A stretch of 64,000 bases of DNA, taken from Chrysomallon squamiferum. Taxonomy: Eukaryota > Animalia > Mollusca. Below, one piece after another: positions 57,991 to 64,000 of this stretch (positions within the stretch are counted from its first letter, which is position 1; each line of letters begins with the position of its first letter). The stretch spans positions 124,001 to 188,000 of the forward strand of contig CM022669.1 in NCBI GenBank assembly GCA_012295275.1, in the 5' to 3' direction. The position numbers and the translations under genes are program-made. The notes under the pieces were generated by a model that worked only from the letters and a program-made list of their open reading frames with translations, searched no databases and was not told the origin of the DNA.

Positions 57991-60900
57991 ATTGTTAAAG
58001 AAATATTGCATTATCTTAACAGAAAACAAATTGTTTCTTTTAAAATGAAATGTTAGTTGCAAAAGTTCAAGTTATTATTACATGAATCAGATTCCAGCAG
58101 GGAATTTCATGGTGACATGTGTTACATTTCTGTAATTACTATTATTATTATTATTTAAATGTATTTTCTCATATAGTCTGTACTGATGTATCTGAAGTTC
58201 TTTTTTTATGAGGTAGAAAATGAAGAAAACCATTATTTAACTCTTGAGTGTCATGATAGCTAAACATGATTTGTTGAAATAAACAGTTCTGTGCAATTAG
58301 GTAATTATTAGTCTCAAAGGCATAATTTTACAATTTAACAAAAGTATTAAAGTACCCATTGATTAGATTCATTGTTTTTCTGGAAGTTTATAATTAGATG
58401 TATTTCAAATAATCTGAAATTAAGAGTATCTTGCATTATACTTTATACATTTTTGTCTACTAAATCATTAATATAGGTTGCAACCATTTCCTAAAGCAAT
58501 TCAAAATACTTTGCATTTTATCTGAAATTCTTTAAGATGGATGAAGGTTCTACCTGAAATAGTGACAGGAGATAAACAATCACATTGATTTTAATTATTT
58601 TGTATTTTGAATAACATGAAACATTTGTAAGTAGGTTACAGGTATCCAAATTATTCTCTGCTTTGTTTCATAATTCTGTTTGAAATGCATTGCATTAATG
58701 TTATGTTAAACTGAGTAAGCTAGGATGAGAATGATCAGAAATGATCAGTTATATTTTGGAATTGTTTAATTTCTGAAAATAGAGGAGCCATTTTGGTTTA
58801 TTTATTTATTTGATTTGATTTGATTTGAGTTCTTTAAAATGCACTTAAATATTATTTTGTTTCTTAGTCTTATTCGTTTTTGAATAAATTCTTATTTCTA
58901 TTATTTTGTTGTTGTTTTGTTTTTTTTGTTTTTTAGGGGTTTTTGAGCTGGGATTTTGATTATGTTCTTTATGGTTTGTTTCTTGTGGTTTTCTGGAACA
59001 TTGCTTAAAGAAGCAAAAGTTTGTTGTGATAATGTGTTGTGTTTTTCAGTTTGCGTATACTCAGATAAGATCTGAATATATATAAAAGTCTTTTAATGCT
59101 TGAAATTGTCGTATATTTCAGATTGTGACTGTTCAGTCTGTGTAGCAGATAACTGAAGATCATTATGGTTTGCAGATCACCTCATTATTAAAACTGTCAG
59201 ACAGTTTCTGTGATCAAAAAAAAGTTTACTGAGTCCTTGTGTTACATGTTTCTTCAGAATTCATTTCTAATATAAAATGAATTGAGACTAACTGGAATGC
59301 ACTGAAACAGAAATGAACCTCCTGATCGTAATCATCAAAAATAACAGTGATTTTATTACTTTCTAATTTAACTTCATGTTGTTTTCATACCCTTGTGTTA
59401 TTGTATTTACATTCATCAAAGGACTGTTTAAAAGAATTATTTATTTTATTTGCAGACAGATTAACCAAACGTTTAGAGGGAACTTTCTTAATAATAATAA
59501 TAATAATATTGAAAATTATTTTATACCCTATATTAGTACAATAAAAGAAAGAAAAAAAAACAAAGCCAACCGTTTGTCATGACAGAAATTGTTTTACTCA
59601 TATATCTATGATGCATATATTTTCCATATAAATATAAAGTTATAACTTCACTGATAACTTTACAGAAATAAGTTTATATTCCATTTATTAAATATAAATT
59701 CTGTATTTCAACTATTTAAACTAAATATTCATGTGAAATTATATCAAAATAAATGGTTTTAAAACAAATTTCTGTGTTATTTTCTTATCATTTTATAATC
59801 AAAGTAGACCATTCTGAATTAATATATTAAGATGTGCATTATGCATGTGCAAATAGAGAAATTCTGATACACTGGGGTAGGAGTTACCTCACTTGTTCTG
59901 TTGGGTTCAACAATGAAACTTCAGTGATGGACCTGATTACAGTTCGGTGACATGACATAAATTCTAAATTATTGGGTGCACAATTTTGAGGGGTTTGTGT
60001 TTCAGAGACCTTGACTTTTTTGTGTTACATCAGTAGTCAGGTCCACTGAGGAGGTTTGATCACGGTTAATAAGATGATCTAAACTCCACTCCAGTATATT
60101 AAATACCATGTCTATTACATACCTTAATATATTACTACATATCACTAAATGGAAATCAAATTTTCTCCTTTTTCTCCTATTTATTTATTTATTTATTATT
60201 ATTATTATTATTTATGTTGTTTGGTTTTTTTTGTTGGTTTTTTTTATTACAGAACTGGTATTTATTTACTTTTATTACAAATTGTTAATATTATTTAAGA
60301 ACACAACTGGAGGCCAGACATTAATTGTTTACTATTAATTATCACATTGATAGTTGTAATTTAGACAAAATCTTAAGAAAAATGTTGCTTAAATCTGATA
60401 GATGGTGTATTTAAATAAATTATTGAATACACTGAATAAGATATTTTATTATTATTATTTTCTCCTTTTCTTTTTTTTTTAAATAATGAATAAAAAAAAA
60501 AAGTGTAATTAAGTTAAATCTAGGTTGACATAACTATGATTTGCACAAAAGGCCTTTGAGGTTCAAGATATTAGGAAAACGTAATACAAACAGTATTTAT
60601 TTACTTTTATTACAAAGTGTCTTGATATGGGTGACAAAATGTATAGCAAAGGCTACATAACTAAATAGGATCCATCGTGCCAAAAACAAACTAATTATTT
60701 GTTTAAGTTATTTCTTTTAAATAAGATATATATATATATATATGTGTGCAAAACATTTGCTTTCATTGTCTCACTAAAAAATATTTAAAAATTAAAAAAA
60801 AATTAAGTAAATAAATTAAAAAAAAAAAAAAATGACATAAAAATTCATTATAAGATTTTATTGTTTATAAAATAATAATCAAAATTCTTTATTAACTACA

Positions 60901-61499
60901 AATAGCTTAAAAATTCAGTTCTAGTTATTCAAATCAATTAATTTTCTAATGAAATTGAACTACATATGGAATAATAAAATAATAATAAATAAATAACTGA
61001 TAAGCTTGGATTTTTCAAAAGAAATAAAAATTAAACTAAAGCAAAATGAAATGATGACAGTAAATAAAGTTTAGCAAAAACACCCCTTTGTTTTACAATT
61101 TTTTCATTTCTTATTTATCTTATTTTTTCTTCTTCTTCTTCTTTTTGTTCTTCTTCTTATTATTATTACTTCTTTTTTTTTGCATGACAGTGCATGAGAC
61201 AATAAATAAATATATAAATAAATACATAAAGAGTATTTTTTTTATTTATTATTAATATTATTTTCTTGTTGTTGGTTTTTTTTTCGGAGTTATTACACAT
61301 TTATGTTGGAACTGAAAAGGAAAAAAATAGAAAAGACTTGATTATACAGTTATTGCTAATGACACTATGTTCCATTAACCAACCGATAACTCTTATACGT
61401 AACGGTTCTAAAAGTTCGCTGGAAATGTTCGCTAGCTTCACTTTAGCGTGGCACATCAGTGATATCGTCGAAAAATTGTCTTTGTATTGATTGATAAAG

Positions 61500-63244
61500 A
61501 TGGGCAATAAAATGACTACATTTACAGATGACCAGCTGGAAGCATACCAGGTATATAAAACTATTTAATCGAGCGTCCCAAGCGAAACTTAGATACCAAC
61601 CAAAATTAAGGCTCTATGATCTATCTTTTCAATTTTTCTAATTTATGCAGTATCCATTTAATGATTTACAAGATGGGTACCACCGTTAATTCTATTTACA
61701 TAACTGTATTTCGCAAAGGAAACAATAAGAATAAATATTAAATCACCAAGCTTAATTCGCAGAAGATAGTTTTTTTTTTGTTTTGTTTTTTGATAACTAC
61801 CTTTATCGCATATATTTTATTGACTGGAAATAATCATTATAGTTATTATAAATTACGTGTTGCTGGTCACATTCAGTCAGGCTTAATCTGTTTCAAAGTC
61901 ACTCAATAGATTTGTCACAATTTATTTATAAATATTAACTGTTTCATAAAATAAAAAAAAATTAAAAATTAAAATTAAAAAATTAAAAATAAGTGTTAAT
62001 CATTTCTTAATATTAATTTATCAAATGCACTGATTAACGGATTAAAAGTTCTGTTGCATCCAACTTCATGACAGAAAAGAAACAAAAAACAAAAACGTTT
62101 CCAATGTGAAATTTGCCATTTTGACTACATTCATGAATGGGTAGTGAAGAGTTAAAAAAAATCTGATAAATGACATAGAATTGGAAGAAAATTAGAAAAT
62201 ATGTTCATTTAATAATATTTTTCTTGTTCCAGGATTGTACATTTTTTACTCGGAAGGAAATATTAAGGTGAGTTTTATCACTTTTGTGATTTATTTAATT
62301 AATATTTGGAAATGTGGGAATAAAGTGTCTTATTTCATTGTTACAGTTATTAATAATTGTTTTATATTAACATTACACATACATCCACATACATGCAAAA
62401 CAATCTAATACACATAGACAAAGAGGATAGTAGTATAATCTACAAGTCTATAATTATAAAAGAAGCATTTGTTTCTGAAAGGTAGTGTCTATGTGTATAT
62501 AAGCTATAAAGCTAATACATTTCTATTTTGTTAAGGGTTTTCCAGCATTACCAGCAACTGGCACCAGATATTATTCCTTTTGATATGACAAGTGATGAAA
62601 ATAGTCGACTGAAAATTCCTGCAGATATCATAGAAAACATGCCAGAATTGAAAGTATATCATGCATATTTAATATAGCTATAATAATAAATATTTAATGA
62701 CATGAAATAAAATACCAGTAATAGATTATAAGGTGATAGTAAAAAAATATTATAATCAAAAAATTTCTAATGATATGAAATAAATGGTATATTTTACAAG
62801 AACATCATGATCATACAATAGCCATACATATGGATCAGAACCTTTACTTTTTCAGTCTTGATTATCCTCACTTTGCAGATCATTTTATTTTTAAGAATGC
62901 ATCTTGTACTTTTGCAGATTTAAAGCTACACTAAACAAAAGTGTTTAGATGCACTTTTAGGTTACCATTGTTCATATATTGTGTTTAAAGCTTTTAAACT
63001 TTTCAAATGTATATCATGACAAACATTTAAAATGAGTATAGCTTGTAATAAACTTTAATACTAATTTAAAATAAAGTGATGTTAACACTTTGACAGGAAA
63101 ATCCATTCAGAAAAAGAATATGTAAAGTGTTCTCTGATGATGGAACTGGTGACCTCAGTTTTGATAATTTTCTGGACATGTTCTCTGTGTTTAGTGAGGC
63201 AGCATCAAGAGACATCAAAACAGTCTATGCTTACAGAATATATG
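61500..63244 (+). CDS. CIB3: Calcium- and integrin-binding protein (CIB2/CIB3 family), exons 1-4; continues beyond the window
   Basis: Exons 61500-61550, 62233-62267, 62536-62653 and 63097-63244 (all GT-AG, in frame) give MGNKMTTFTDDQLEAYQDCTFFTRKEILRVFQHYQQLAPDIIPFDMTSDENSRLKIPADIIENMPELKENPFRKRICKVFSDDGTGDLSFDNFLDMFSVFSEAASRDIKTVYAYRIY. CIB2 vs CIB3 orthology is not resolvable by eye. Confidence 0.93.
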
Positions 63245-64000
63245 GTGTGTTGTAACTTTATTTCAATTTTCTGTTTTATCCAAAGCTCAGTTCATAACAT
63301 GTTTATGTAATACTGTGATATTTGCATTTGTTTCAATAGGAAGGTGCATGTAAAAGATCCCTTTATGCTAATCAACAAGAGTTTTCATCTTAGTTTTCCT
63401 CATTATTATGTTGATATCTATTAAAAGTTACTTTTATTAGTGTTGTTAAACATTATTTACACTGCACAGGTTATTGTATATATCACAGTTTTATTAAAAA
63501 GAAAATATGAAAATCTTAACTCATGTTGTTGCTTATTAGATAAATGAATCCATCCTTTAATCAAAATCTTTTTGTCTGATTTTTCAGCATTGTGAAGAGG
63601 TCCTTTCTGAAAAAAATTAAAAATGTTCTTTACTACATTCTCTTAATAAAATCACTGAGAGAGAAAATTTAATTTCAAATCAATATGATCTTAATATTTT
63701 GCAGAAACTTAGTAACTATAGCATAAAGATAACTGATGTTAATTTTAGATACTTTTTATGTAACAAAATGGCACAAGTCTATCTAGGCCATTATTATTCA
63801 GATACATTGTCTGCTGCTTACTTCCATTAAATTATAACAGAGCAATAAACAAGCTGGAAAAGATTCTGAACAAATTTCCTATGCTGTTATTTAAATTATT
63901 TTCCTTTATTGTTAAAATTAACATTATTATTAATAGTAGTAGTAGTAGTACAGCAGCAGTAGTGGTATTATTATTATAATTAATATATGTTTTTTAATAT

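Larger units (their letters stand above)
55339..61438. mobile_element. ~6.1-kb putative DNA transposon insertion (absent from duplicate copy A) with short TIRs
   Basis: The insertion splits the copy-B homology. AAGGCAGCGAACAATTCCAGC (55339-55359) vs the reverse complement of 61418-61438, AAGCTAGCGAACATTTCCAGC (18/21 match). Confidence 0.6.

Overview
AT-rich, microsatellite-rich eukaryotic (invertebrate-looking) genomic DNA with spliced genes; no prokaryotic features. From left to right: transposon relics (Gypsy integrase interrupted by a MULE remnant; a TA-flanked pogo-like element), a 57-bp minisatellite, and a large repeat domain (~8.4-35.0 kb). That domain has a homogeneous core of ~110 copies of a 169-bp satellite, flanked by older diverged monomers, inverted monomers, a second repeat family in inverted orientation on the two sides, and a tRNA-Gln-like relic at the right boundary. 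Then come an internally deleted CIB paralog, an intact 10-exon monofunctional secreted PAL gene (- strand), a C-type lectin gene (+) with a 36/47-bp intronic minisatellite, a convergent C-type lectin pseudogene (-), a ~6-kb TIR-bounded insertion with a decayed Ulp1/C48 protease, and exons 1-4 of an intact-looking CIB2/CIB3-family gene that runs off the window end. Most ORF-track entries are repeat artefacts. All exon models were derived by hand and lack transcript support.
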